The translations under genes and the position numbers were made by a program. This document shows, in pieces, positions 26,155 to 35,850 of a stretch of DNA of 64,000 bases; position 1 is the stretch's first letter, and the number at the start of each line of letters is the position of its first letter. The notes under the pieces were generated by a model. The model did not search any database and was not told the DNA's origin. It saw only the letters and a list, made by a program, of their open reading frames with translations. The DNA lies in NCBI GenBank assembly GCA_016195715.1, contig JACPZA010000029.1, positions 30,493 through 94,492 of the forward strand, in the 5' to 3' direction. This DNA comes from Candidatus Daviesbacteria bacterium. Its GTDB lineage: Bacteria > Patescibacteriota > Microgenomatia > Daviesbacterales > UBA10151.

Positions 26155-28452
26155 ATGAAAATCACATTTATTTCCTCCTATGTACCCAGAAAATGCGGGA
26201 TTGCCACATACACTCGGGATTTGGCGGTTGAAACAGAAAAAAAGGGTAATCAAATATCCATAATAGCTCTAGAGAACTTAACTGTACCCAATATCTATAC
26301 CACTCCTGTATCTGAGTTAGTCAGACAAAACAGCAGGCAGGATTATTTAAGAGTGGCCAAAAAAATAAATGTAAGTAGCAGCGAAATTGTCCATCTTCAA
26401 CATGAATTTGGACTTTTTGGAGGAGAAGATGGAAAACATATTTTAACTCTTACCCAAGCACTCACTAAGCCCCTGATAGTTACTTTCCATACTGTTTTAT
26501 TTAATCCAACAGAGTCTCAAAAATATATCATTCAAGAACTGGCTCGACTCTCAAGCAAAGTAATAGTTATGGATCAGATAACAAAAGATCGCCTCGAGAA
26601 CATATATGGTTTAAATCCAGCTGATATAGCGATCATACTGCATGGCGCGCCCAAAGTGATTAATACTCGCAGAAATGAATCAAAAAAAAGAATTAATTTT
26701 CCTAATACTTTTCTAATGCTGGCTAATAATCTTTTGAGTAGAAATAAAGGAATTGAATATGGAATTGAGGCTGTAGCCAAAGCGATAAAATATATTCCTA
26801 ACTTGATATTTTTAATTGTTGGAGAAACTCATCCAGTTGTAAAAGCGCAGGAAGGTGAATCCTATCGAGAAGAGCTGACACTATTAGTAAAAAAATTGGG
26901 TTTAAAAAAGAATGTGATATTTATAAATAAGTATGTTTCAATTGAAGAGTTGAAGAATTTTCTAGGAGCTGCAGATGTGTATATTACTCCCTACTTAGAT
27001 CCAGAGCAAACTGTCTCAGGTACATTATCTTATGCTATTGGTGCTGGAAAAGCCTGTATTGCCACAGAATATGTTTATGCTAAGGAGATGCTTTCTAATA
27101 ACAAAGGAATTATTGTCCCTTTTAGAGATAGTAGCTCAATTAGTGAAGCGCTGATAAAGCTTTTTAATAGTCCCAGCGAACTACACCGTCTCGAGAGAAG
27201 TATTGGGGTTTTCAGTGAAAAAATGAGTTGGTTAAGGGTTTCAGAAAAGCATATGCATGTTTATAAAAAAATAGTTCTAGCTAGATTTAATATTCAACAA
27301 AAGGTCCAAGATTTTATCAAATCCCCTACCAATATATCCCATTTGCTATATTTAACAAACAATACTGGAGTAGTCCAACATGCAAGCAAAACAACTCCTG
27401 ATTTACAATTTGGTTATAGTAGCGATGACAATGCCCGGGCACTAATAGTTGTATCACAAATCTACAGTAAAAATCACAGTGAAGAAATTTCTCGGCTCAT
27501 TAAACTTTATAGCAAATTTCTTAAAGTTGCCCAAGAACCAAATGGCAAGATTCACACTTTTTTAAATTCAAAGGAGGATTGGGATGATCAAGCCGGGGTA
27601 ACAGACGCATTTGGCAGAAGTTTGTGGGGATTAGGGTTTCACATATATACGAGTAAAGATCATTTTTCCACAGCTGATATGGATAATATTTTCCAGAAAA
27701 GTATGCAACAGTTTGACAATATTTTGGATCTTAGAACAGCTGCTTATTCAATCTTAGGCCTTTATTATTATATTTTGGCATTTAAAAACAATGTAATGGT
27801 CGTTAAAGAAGCAACTAAACATCTGGTAAAACTTGCAAGTTTTTTGAAGGATTCTTATGAAAAAAATCGGTCAGATAATTGGGAGTGGTTTGAGAAAGAT
27901 ATTACTTATGATAATTTCAGAATTCCCCAAGCTTTATTTGCAGCATTTTTAATTACTAAAAATGACAATTTTAAGATCGTCGCCGAGGCTAGTTTAAAAT
28001 TTTTACTTGAATTAAATCTTGATGATAAGAATAAGTTTTTTGATTTCATAGGTCAAGATGGATGGCATAGTCAGGATGGGAAAAAAGCCATTTATGATCA
28101 ACAACCCCTAGAAGCTGCTGGTGCTATAGAAGCTAATATCTTTGCATCAATAGCGCTAAAAGATGATTCATATTTAGATAACAGTCTCCTTGCTTTCGAG
28201 TGGTTCTTGGGAAACAATAGAAATCACAGATCTATTTATGACGACAAGTCAAAAGGAGTAGCAGATGGATTAACACCTCGTGGAGTTAATTTAAATCAAG
28301 GAGCTGAGTCAATAGTTTGTTTTTTAATGTCCTTACTTTCTCTTAAAAAACATATGCTCCAGGATAAAATTGCAAAGTATCCTAGAGATAGATTCTTACC
28401 AAAGCGAGTTACAACTAAACCTGTTGAAGTGGCCGGTCTGGTTTACCATTAG
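26155..28452 (+). CDS. GT4 glycosyltransferase fused to a C-terminal glycosidase-like helical domain
   Basis: YVPRKCGIATY, LQHEFGLFGG, GETHP, SGTLSYA; GYSSDDNARAL, DQQPLEA, NQGAES. Confidence 0.88.
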   Translation: MKITFISSYVPRKCGIATYTRDLAVETEKKGNQISIIALENLTVPNIYTTPVSELVRQNSRQDYLRVAKKINVSSSEIVHLQHEFGLFGGEDGKHILTLTQALTKPLIVTFHTVLFNPTESQKYIIQELARLSSKVIVMDQITKDRLENIYGLNPADIAIILHGAPKVINTRRNESKKRINFPNTFLMLANNLLSRNKGIEYGIEAVAKAIKYIPNLIFLIVGETHPVVKAQEGESYREELTLLVKKLGLKKNVIFINKYVSIEELKNFLGAADVYITPYLDPEQTVSGTLSYAIGAGKACIATEYVYAKEMLSNNKGIIVPFRDSSSISEALIKLFNSPSELHRLERSIGVFSEKMSWLRVSEKHMHVYKKIVLARFNIQQKVQDFIKSPTNISHLLYLTNNTGVVQHASKTTPDLQFGYSSDDNARALIVVSQIYSKNHSEEISRLIKLYSKFLKVAQEPNGKIHTFLNSKEDWDDQAGVTDAFGRSLWGLGFHIYTSKDHFSTADMDNIFQKSMQQFDNILDLRTAAYSILGLYYYILAFKNNVMVVKEATKHLVKLASFLKDSYEKNRSDNWEWFEKDITYDNFRIPQALFAAFLITKNDNFKIVAEASLKFLLELNLDDKNKFFDFIGQDGWHSQDGKKAIYDQQPLEAAGAIEANIFASIALKDDSYLDNSLLAFEWFLGNNRNHRSIYDDKSKGVADGLTPRGVNLNQGAESIVCFLMSLLSLKKHMLQDKIAKYPRDRFLPKRVTTKPVEVAGLVYH

Positions 28453-29373
28453 ATGGATTTAAAAATTAGAGCTATTAAGTACAGAAATAACCCGATCCTT
28501 ATTCCTTTAATTGAAGAGGGAAGTTTTGAAAGAGCGGCTGTCTATAATCCTGCTGCTATAGTCAAAGAAAATAAAATTTATCTTATTTATAGGGGAGAAG
28601 AAGACTACTATGAGCAATATATCTCAAGATTGGGACTGGCAATAAGTGATGATGGCTTTCATTTTAAAAGATACGAAAAAAATCCAATTTTAGAAGAGGA
28701 TTTGGACAATCCGGATGAAAAAAGAGGATGCGAAGATCCAAGAGTTATACAAGTGGATAAAAACGAATTTTTCTTAACCTATGTAACTTTTAATGGAGGA
28801 CAAAATATTAAACTTTGTGGAGCTTTTTCCAAAGATTTGATAAAGTTCAAAAAAATAGGAAAACTTGTCCCAGGTAAAGAAAAGTCTGGAGCTATTGTCC
28901 AAAACTATAAATATAAAGACAAATATTATGTCATGTATTTTGGAGATGATAATTTAAAGGTCGCTTTCTCAGAAGATCTCATAAAGTGGTCAGTTGCAAA
29001 AAAACCAGTGCTCGCGCCTAGAAAAGATTACTTTGATAGTTTTCTGGTAGAAGGTGGTCCCCCTCCTATTTTAATCGATGAAGGAATATTTATGATCTAT
29101 AACAGTGCTAGAGAGCATCAAAAGTATGATGGCAAAACATCCTGGCTTTCCTATTCACCTGGGATTGCAATTTTTGATAAAAATGATCCTAAAAAATTAA
29201 TTTATAGATCTAGTCAACCTTTGCTTAAACCCACAGAATATTGGGAAAAATATGGGAAAGTAAATTATGTAATATTTGCAACAGGTTTAGTTAAATTTCA
29301 AGAAAAATGGCTCTTATATTATGGTGGAGCAGATAAAAGTATTGGGGTAGCCCAGTTAACTTTTAAAAATTAA
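28453..29373 (+). CDS. GH130-like glycosidase/phosphorylase
   Basis: VYNPAA, GCEDPRV, EGGPPP, VNYVIF, YYGGAD. Confidence 0.88.
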   Translation: MDLKIRAIKYRNNPILIPLIEEGSFERAAVYNPAAIVKENKIYLIYRGEEDYYEQYISRLGLAISDDGFHFKRYEKNPILEEDLDNPDEKRGCEDPRVIQVDKNEFFLTYVTFNGGQNIKLCGAFSKDLIKFKKIGKLVPGKEKSGAIVQNYKYKDKYYVMYFGDDNLKVAFSEDLIKWSVAKKPVLAPRKDYFDSFLVEGGPPPILIDEGIFMIYNSAREHQKYDGKTSWLSYSPGIAIFDKNDPKKLIYRSSQPLLKPTEYWEKYGKVNYVIFATGLVKFQEKWLLYYGGADKSIGVAQLTFKN

Positions 29374-29392
29374 CTTCATCTATTTGTTTAAT

Positions 29393-29420
29393 TGGGTACA
29401 AACTAAATTCAACTAGCCGT
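29393..29420 (+). repeat. att-like repeat copy 3
   Basis: TGGGTACAAACTAAATTCAACTAGCCGT. Confidence 0.55.
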
Positions 29421-29443
29421 TTAAAAGTCCTATAGTTTGATTT

Positions 29444-30250
29444 TCACTCTTTAAAATATTCTAGAGTTAAACATTTTACACTCCCTCCACCTTTTCTAAA
29501 CTCACCCATAGGGACCTCTATGGTTGAAAAGCCATAGTTTGCTAAATCATCTTTAAACTTTTGTGTTATCCCAAGACCTGTAATAACAGTTTTCCCTACC
29601 ATTACTAAATTGCAAGCTAAAATATTGTTATCATCCTTCCCTACCAAAATGACATTTGGAAAATGCTGATAGATTTTTTTTAAGCCCTCTGCAGTAAAAG
29701 AAATAGGGTTGATAGCTACAGTATTTTCATCTAAGGGAGCAAAACAAGTATCTAGGTGATAATAATATGGATTAACTAACTCTAGATCGATAATTTTTGA
29801 CCCTAAAGCTTCTGTTAGAAATTTTTTGGCTCTTTGATCAGATCTTTTCCCCCAACCCAAAAAATAGCTATTACCCATCTTTAATAGATCTCCCTGCCCT
29901 TCAAAAGCTACATCATCAGGTAGCTCATAAATTTCAAAGCCTCCTTTTTGAAAAAATTGTTTTGCATGATCCGACTCTGCCTTTCTTTGATCATATTTAT
30001 AATTAGATTTAATGAAGGTATTATTTAATACAAAACCAAAGTTAGCTGCATAGACCATATCTGGCAATTTCTTATCTTGCTTAATAGTATGAACTTTTAT
30101 TCCTAAGCCAGTATAGGTTTTGATTAAGCTATGCCAATCTTTTAAAGCTAAGTCTTTATCAACTTGATCTTTATCCGGATGCATCCAGGGATTAATTCTA
30201 TAAATCACTCCAAAATAATCTGGGGTACACATCACTACTGTTTTATCCAT
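29444..30250 (-). CDS. Amidinotransferase / arginine deiminase-related (DDAH-like) protein
   Basis: INPWM, LPDMVYAAN, FEGQGD, YYHLDTCF, GGGSVKCLTL. Confidence 0.9.
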   Translation of the reverse strand: MDKTVVMCTPDYFGVIYRINPWMHPDKDQVDKDLALKDWHSLIKTYTGLGIKVHTIKQDKKLPDMVYAANFGFVLNNTFIKSNYKYDQRKAESDHAKQFFQKGGFEIYELPDDVAFEGQGDLLKMGNSYFLGWGKRSDQRAKKFLTEALGSKIIDLELVNPYYYHLDTCFAPLDENTVAINPISFTAEGLKKIYQHFPNVILVGKDDNNILACNLVMVGKTVITGLGITQKFKDDLANYGFSTIEVPMGEFRKGGGSVKCLTLEYFKE

Positions 30251-30329
30251 AACTAAATAATAACCAGTATTTTATCAGAAGCGAATTCTTCATATTTATA
30301 ATAAAATTATAGAAAATTAAACCCAAAGC

Positions 30330-31154
30330 TTAAAGTCTGAACTTAAAAAAGATTGCATTAGCCATCAGCAGACTTGAGATAAAAGAATCTTGAATTAATC
30401 TGGTAAAGAAAATATTACCGGGTGCAAGTAATGAAATCAGCTTAACTAATACTGCTACAAAAATTGCATAAATAATTTGCTTTTTTGCTCCTACTGGAGA
30501 AGTCATCGGCTCAACCAGCATGATAACAGTAAAAAAGATCACCCCGGGATTAACTAACTTATCTAATATTGATTTCATAGAAATTGGCAAGCCAATACTG
30601 GTGATAATAGTAAAGGCTAAAAGGAAAGTTAAAATAATATAAAAGCGCTTCATTCTATATCCAGAGACATACGCTGGCAGAAGTAGAACAACTAAAGAAA
30701 AAAAACTAAGAATACTTGGATGACCAGCAATGCTGGGAAAAGAAGCTCCCCACCAAGAAGCACTTAAACCAAGTGTTAACTGCCCTGAAAGTATCCCAAA
30801 AGCAGCTGGGTTAAAAATGTGTCTGCCTGAAACCCTTAAAAAATTCTTAGAAGCAATAGCTAAACCTGCAATAAAAGCTATCTGATACCACATAGCAGAT
30901 GGATCAATGATTAAAGCAATAATTAATCCTGAGACAATTGCAGCGTAAGGCTTAAAAAGCTGTCTAATCTTTATATAAGTAAATAAAAGATCAAATGAAA
31001 TTGTAAAAAACAGACAAAATGAGAGCAAAACTACTCCCTGGTAGAGACTTAATAGCTTTATAATAAACAATGCTGCTACATAAACCACTGCCAAAGCCAC
31101 AGCCATTTGGACTTTAGGAATCTTAAATAACTTGGGTATACTAAAATTTAGCAC
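30330..31154 (-). CDS. RnfD/NqrB-like membrane protein (stand-alone)
   Basis: SGLIIAL, ASK...HIFNPAAFG, MLVEPMTSP. Confidence 0.75.
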   Translation of the reverse strand: MLNFSIPKLFKIPKVQMAVALAVVYVAALFIIKLLSLYQGVVLLSFCLFFTISFDLLFTYIKIRQLFKPYAAIVSGLIIALIIDPSAMWYQIAFIAGLAIASKNFLRVSGRHIFNPAAFGILSGQLTLGLSASWWGASFPSIAGHPSILSFFSLVVLLLPAYVSGYRMKRFYIILTFLLAFTIITSIGLPISMKSILDKLVNPGVIFFTVIMLVEPMTSPVGAKKQIIYAIFVAVLVKLISLLAPGNIFFTRLIQDSFISSLLMANAIFFKFRL

Positions 31155-31332
31155 ATTTAATATTAAGCTTTTTACTGATTAAAACAAACCCATCTTTACT
31201 GTAATTAGTACATTAATTTGGTGGGCTGTCAATATGGAAAACTGGAGAACTTAACTAACGGTAAGAATTATTGACTGGCTCAACACTATAGGTTGATAAT
31301 TTTCTTTTGATCCCGTATAATTAAAGCCTGAT

Positions 31333-32058
31333 ATGAGTCCAGACAGAAAAAACAGACCAGTAAATAGACCAGATATAGTTCCAGTAATTTACCAAGACTC
31401 TCGTGCAAGGAGAGCTCTAGCTGATGTTAAGTCTCCTGAGGGAATTGATGAATTTATTAGAATTCTTAGAAAAAGCTTTTTTCCACGCTGGCTAGGTTAT
31501 GAACCGCCTCTTATTCTAGTTCATCCTTATCTTCCAAAAATTATGGCAGAGGCTCAGGGAAGTGGCTTATTAACTCCAGATAATTATGCCTCAGCTATGT
31601 GGAATCATGGCTTCCTCCATTATCCTGGAGTTGTAAATAATTTGCAGGCTTCTTTTGTTCCTTTTGATGCTCATTTAGCACAGACTCAGCAAGAATATGT
31701 GCACAGGCTTTCAGCGGTTACATTTATGGTGAAAGGTGAAATGCATTCTGAAACTGGAGCTTTAGAAGGTGAAGCAAGGAGAAGATATGTTTTATTTTTA
31801 AATCACCTTGGAATCCCAAATAACCTACCGCGCCGTTTACTTAGTCAGGGTTTAACCTTTTATAGCCCTGAAGAATTATGGAATAAGAGGGCTGTTCTTA
31901 TGTCTACAGCTGTTGAGAATAACCATGAGGTAAAAAGGGTTATTCATGAAGCGAATGAGAGGGTCTATTCCTCTAGCATGGTTGCTAAAGCAGTTGAAAG
32001 GAAAGGGATTATTCATCCCTTGCAAGGGGGTCTTCCAGGGTTAGGGAAATCATCGTGA
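31333..32058 (+). CDS. Hypothetical protein
   Basis: 241-aa ORF with TTGATA-N17-TATAAT promoter; ends QGGLPGLGKSS. Confidence 0.7.
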   Translation: MSPDRKNRPVNRPDIVPVIYQDSRARRALADVKSPEGIDEFIRILRKSFFPRWLGYEPPLILVHPYLPKIMAEAQGSGLLTPDNYASAMWNHGFLHYPGVVNNLQASFVPFDAHLAQTQQEYVHRLSAVTFMVKGEMHSETGALEGEARRRYVLFLNHLGIPNNLPRRLLSQGLTFYSPEELWNKRAVLMSTAVENNHEVKRVIHEANERVYSSSMVAKAVERKGIIHPLQGGLPGLGKSS

Positions 32059-32088
32059 CTATTAAATCCACAGGAATTTTTACTAGCT

Positions 32089-32706
32089 TTACCTTATCGA
32101 ATTTGAGCTATAGTAGAGTAAGACATTGCCATTTTTAAAGTTTCTGGTCTTTATTAATTTTAAATTTAATTTTTGGTTTAAGCCTGTAAATAAAGTATGA
32201 CCTTCCCCTATGACTACTGGATTAAGCATAATTCTAAATTCATCAACTAAACCTTCCTTCATTAAACTGACACATAAATGATTACTCCCAAAAATGGCTA
32301 TATCCTTCTTGCCCACCGAAGCCTTGGCGGAGGTGGGGCCTGGTTGTTCTTTTAACTTCTTGATTTCTTCTGGATCAACTTTATGTTTTAATGTGACATT
32401 TTTCCAGTTTTTTTCTTCTTTAATATCCATCATGGTTCTGGAGAAAACTATTTTAGGCATGTTGTTTATTAAATCTGCAATAATTAAATCTTCTTTAGAT
32501 AAATTTGGATCTTTAGGTGCATTTGGCCAAAAATCATGAAACAGTTCATAGGTTCTTCTACCAAGAATTAGTGTCCCAACTTCGCTTGTTTGTTCTACAG
32601 CAAATTCATTAAATTCTCGATCAACATTATGCCAGGAAAGATCATGATTTGGCCCCTCAAAAAACCCATCCAAAGACACCATCATGAACAAAAATATCTT
32701 TCTCAT
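32089..32706 (-). CDS. Dihydrofolate reductase-like (RibD C-terminal) protein with palindromic insert
   Basis: MVSLDGFFEGP, LGRRTYE, IFGS, LVDEF, PVVIGEG. Confidence 0.9.
   Translation of the reverse strand: MRKIFLFMMVSLDGFFEGPNHDLSWHNVDREFNEFAVEQTSEVGTLILGRRTYELFHDFWPNAPKDPNLSKEDLIIADLINNMPKIVFSRTMMDIKEEKNWKNVTLKHKVDPEEIKKLKEQPGPTSAKASVGKKDIAIFGSNHLCVSLMKEGLVDEFRIMLNPVVIGEGHTLFTGLNQKLNLKLIKTRNFKNGNVLLYYSSNSIR
32312..32337. repeat. Mini palindromic element in frame within CDS
   Basis: CCCACC-GAAGCCTTGGCGGA-GGTGGG encodes PTSAKASVG. Confidence 0.7.
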
Positions 32707-32724
32707 CTTAAAAATTATATCAGA

Positions 32725-33225
32725 CTAAACTTTGAACTGCTTTTTTACTTGCTTAGCATGTCCACCCTCGTGTCCTTCACCTTCATATTCATACCCAAAA
32801 AGAGAATAGACAGTCACTGGATTACCGTCGCTCCAAGTTTCATCCCCGCTTTGATGCTTCCATTGTTCATCTGTAAGTTTTTCCATTAGCTCTATCTGAG
32901 CCCAAAATGAATCATCCCAATCTTTTAAAACTTCTTGCCAAGAGTTATCTTTTCTTTTTTCAACTTCTTTTCTGTTAAATTCTTCTTCCCCTGCTTTATC
33001 TTCATATCTATCGGGCCAAGTTGCCTCATTATTTAAAACTCGCTTAACTTCATCAACTGCTTCCCAATTCCATGCAGCTAAATGAGTCGCAATATCTTTT
33101 ATGGACCACTCTCCTAAAGTTTCCTTTTTAAGAATTTGTTCTTGAGGCAAAGAAGTGACCAGCTCTTTCAACTTTTGATGCTCATTTTTAAACTGCTCTA
33201 TAGTCTCTTTTCTATCAATAAACAT
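32725..33225 (-). CDS. DinB/ClbS/DfsB-like four-helix bundle protein
   Basis: WSIKDIATHLAAWN...HEGGH; TGGTATAAT ends 6 nt before ATG 33225. Confidence 0.75.
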   Translation of the reverse strand: MFIDRKETIEQFKNEHQKLKELVTSLPQEQILKKETLGEWSIKDIATHLAAWNWEAVDEVKRVLNNEATWPDRYEDKAGEEEFNRKEVEKRKDNSWQEVLKDWDDSFWAQIELMEKLTDEQWKHQSGDETWSDGNPVTVYSLFGYEYEGEGHEGGHAKQVKKQFKV

Positions 33226-33282
33226 GAGGAAATTATACCAGACCACAGCCTCCTTTTATTCCTTAAAGCCAATCTTAGACCA

Positions 33283-34386
33283 CTAATAGAATTTTCTTAG
33301 TGATTCAATTTGTACATTAAAAATAGTAATAAATAATTTTTCATATAACGATTCATTAATACTAGAATTTTGAAATGTGTGATTGACATTATTCCTTATG
33401 AGTATTGCTATGCTATACCCTAAAGTTACATCATTTAACGTGACTTTTAATAGGCTTTTTTCCAATATTTTATAATTAAAATCTTTCGATTGCGGAAGTA
33501 TACTTTTAGTTCCTATGCTTAAGCATTTATAGAGCCCACCTAATGCTAAATTTGGATGAGAGTATACTTTAAAAGCTTTGTTTTTGTGTGGTTTTTTACT
33601 ATTAATTTTCTTACTTTTTGCAGACTTTTTAAGGAGGGTTTCTAAAATCAAGCTCATTTTTACCAAACTTAAATGTGCTTTTATTTGGTTTTCTAGATCA
33701 AGAGGAGCTATTCTAAGTATTTGCTTATTTTGGTTAAATTCTAGAATTTGTGATATTAAGCTAGCCCACGCTGACCTTCGAGCCCTCTCGCTCTTGAGTA
33801 AAATCTTCGTAGTTATTATATTTCTTAGTTCTTCTATAGAAGTTAAAATATTAAATTTACTTAAAAGATGAATGAAATTTAATAAAGATTCGTTTAGTAT
33901 TTGTGCTTGCCCTTCGTCATTTCCTCCAGTCGGGTATAAAGTTAGGTACAGCCATCCTGGGGCCTTCGTAACCTCCTTCCTATTATGAATTCTAAAATCC
34001 TGAGATAGACCAAAATCCATAAACTCTAAACCATCTTCATATTTTTCCATTTTTAAATAGAAAATTGCGGAAAAATAATAGGGAGTGCCTTTATGAATTT
34101 CTTTGAATCTCATATTATCTATACTCTGAATTACATCAAGCAGAGTAATCCAAGCTTTGGTACCCAATATTACATTGTTAGTTTTATGAAATCCTTGTAT
34201 AAATCCTGCATGCTCACTAAAAAAATGGTCTGCTTCTCCCCAATTTGTAATATTTAATAAATCGTTATTAAGTAATTGTTGAAAGTAAGGATCATATAAC
34301 AAATTAAAATATCTCACAACCTCAAACTGAGACCCTAGAATTGTAACTAGATGATTAATTGAATAAAATTTTGAAGAAGGTAACAC
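33283..34386 (-). CDS. Hypothetical protein with C-terminal HEPN-like RxxxxH motif
   Basis: HKGTPYYF helical segment; RNNVNH near C-terminus; AGGAG SD before GTG. Confidence 0.55.
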   Translation of the reverse strand: MLPSSKFYSINHLVTILGSQFEVVRYFNLLYDPYFQQLLNNDLLNITNWGEADHFFSEHAGFIQGFHKTNNVILGTKAWITLLDVIQSIDNMRFKEIHKGTPYYFSAIFYLKMEKYEDGLEFMDFGLSQDFRIHNRKEVTKAPGWLYLTLYPTGGNDEGQAQILNESLLNFIHLLSKFNILTSIEELRNIITTKILLKSERARRSAWASLISQILEFNQNKQILRIAPLDLENQIKAHLSLVKMSLILETLLKKSAKSKKINSKKPHKNKAFKVYSHPNLALGGLYKCLSIGTKSILPQSKDFNYKILEKSLLKVTLNDVTLGYSIAILIRNNVNHTFQNSSINESLYEKLFITIFNVQIESLRKFY

Positions 34387-34513
34387 TCTACTCTCCTATA
34401 ATTTACTTATTGCGCTTTCAGAACAAATTTTACGCCTTTTGGGGGATTTTAGCTAGATTTGATATAGTGACAAAAAGCAAATATGTGATATAATATAAAC
34501 AATATTCATCTGA

Positions 34514-34535
34514 AGACCCCCGCAAGGGGGTTTTT
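34514..34535 (+). terminator. Intrinsic terminator
   Basis: AGACCCCC-GCAA-GGGGGTTTTT. Confidence 0.75.
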
Positions 34536-34540
34536 GGAAT

Positions 34541-35068
34541 CTAAATTCTTTCTACAAATTCTCTCAAATTATTAAAATTTATATATTTATTTGCAGCCTT
34601 TAAAAGCTCATAGGAAACATGCCCCTTTGAGGAAATAACCACAACTTTTTTGTTTTTACTTTGTAGGTAGCGTATCAAAGCATGAAAATCACTATCTCCA
34701 CTCATCAAAATAGCAGTCGAATAAAATTTTATACTTTTAACAGCATCTATGGTTAGCTCTACATCTAAATTTCCTTTCTTGGAAATAGTTCCATCTGTTT
34801 GTCTAATTAATTTAACCTCTTTAGTTCTTATTTTGTAGCCCCACTGCCTTAATTTATCAAAGAAACCTTGTTGTTTTTTATCGTCTTTAATATAGGCAAA
34901 ATAGAAATGAACATTATCCAACTGGTAATTATTTTTAAAGTAGTTCATTAGTTTTTTGAAGTCTATCTGCCATTTCAAACTCTTTTGGGAATAAATCACA
35001 TTTGCTGCATCTATAAACACTACAGCTTTAGTTGACTGCCTGTAGATAATTTTTTTAACTGTAGACAT
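34541..35068 (-). CDS. NYN domain (LabA/DUF88, PIN-like) protein
   Basis: FIDAAN, KGNLDVELTID, MSGDSDF. Confidence 0.92.
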   Translation of the reverse strand: MSTVKKIIYRQSTKAVVFIDAANVIYSQKSLKWQIDFKKLMNYFKNNYQLDNVHFYFAYIKDDKKQQGFFDKLRQWGYKIRTKEVKLIRQTDGTISKKGNLDVELTIDAVKSIKFYSTAILMSGDSDFHALIRYLQSKNKKVVVISSKGHVSYELLKAANKYINFNNLREFVERI

Positions 35069-35076
35069 TTTTCGAG

Positions 35077-35409
35077 TTATTTCTTTTTTGGGAGGGATTC
35101 TACGAAAGTGATTGATCTTTCAAGCCAATCTTCTAGATCTTTATCAGTTTTATATTCTTCCTTTTCAACATATAAAAATCCATTCATGGCTCTGCCATTA
35201 TGGACCATCTGACTAACACCAGACTTTTTGGAAAGAGATTCACCTTCTTCTGGATTGACTCTGAAGAGTATATTATCCTGGTTTACTCCACAGATCATTT
35301 TGCCATCTAATAAAAAGCATAATCCTCCAAACATCTTCTTTTCAAAGATGCCCTTTTTACCTGAAAGGGCATCTTGAACTCTTTTAGCAGTATTTTCATT
35401 ATATGCCAT
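35077..35409 (-). CDS. TfoX/Sxy N-terminal domain protein
   Basis: EKKMFGGLCFLLDGKM...GRAMNGFLYV. Confidence 0.88.
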   Translation of the reverse strand: MAYNENTAKRVQDALSGKKGIFEKKMFGGLCFLLDGKMICGVNQDNILFRVNPEEGESLSKKSGVSQMVHNGRAMNGFLYVEKEEYKTDKDLEDWLERSITFVESLPKKK

Positions 35410-35415
35410 ATTTAA

Positions 35416-35742
35416 TTACATTCCTGGCATTGGCAAAACTTCAAGAACCTCAATGCTAGAATCAGATGTCATCAAATGAGGGTGATCTGCAACCATTGCT
35501 TTAGCAGCTTCCATATCTTCTGCTTCTACAATTGAATAACCAGTGGTATGTGATTCTACATTAGAGCTGCCATCTTTAGTAACTTTCATACCCATTCCCA
35601 AAGGCATTCCCATATCAGCTACAGAATGTTTTTTAAACCAAGCCATCCAAGATTCCATGCTCTTTTTCATCTCCTCTGGGCTACCTTTCATTAACTCCTC
35701 AGCAGAGACAGGAGACATATATAACAACATAAATTTTTTCAT
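35416..35742 (-). CDS. YCII-related protein
   Basis: KFMLLY...WMAWF...GYSIVEAED...HPH; AGGAGGTGA SD. Confidence 0.8.
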   Translation of the reverse strand: MKKFMLLYMSPVSAEELMKGSPEEMKKSMESWMAWFKKHSVADMGMPLGMGMKVTKDGSSNVESHTTGYSIVEAEDMEAAKAMVADHPHLMTSDSSIEVLEVLPMPGM

Positions 35743-35850
35743 TCCAAAATCACCTCCTAACTTCCTGCTGATAATAGCATAAATTATCTGAGAAAATTAG
35801 ACAGATATTTTATCTACTTTGATCATCAAAGTAGCATCTTTTATTGAATT

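Noticed and set aside
24337-29420. Classical integron attC sites or CRISPR repeats
   Set aside because: No RYYYAAC...GTTRRRY palindromes, no intI or cas gene, and spacing is kilobase-scale and irregular.
1055-29443. 19-bp repeat as attL/attR of one 28-kb island at tRNA-Arg
   Set aside because: The repeat contains no tRNA sequence, and the interval includes ppsA and tRNA-His, which look chromosomal. Not formally excluded.
30330-31154. Rnf/Nqr respiratory complex
   Set aside because: Only a lone RnfD-like gene; no other subunits nearby.
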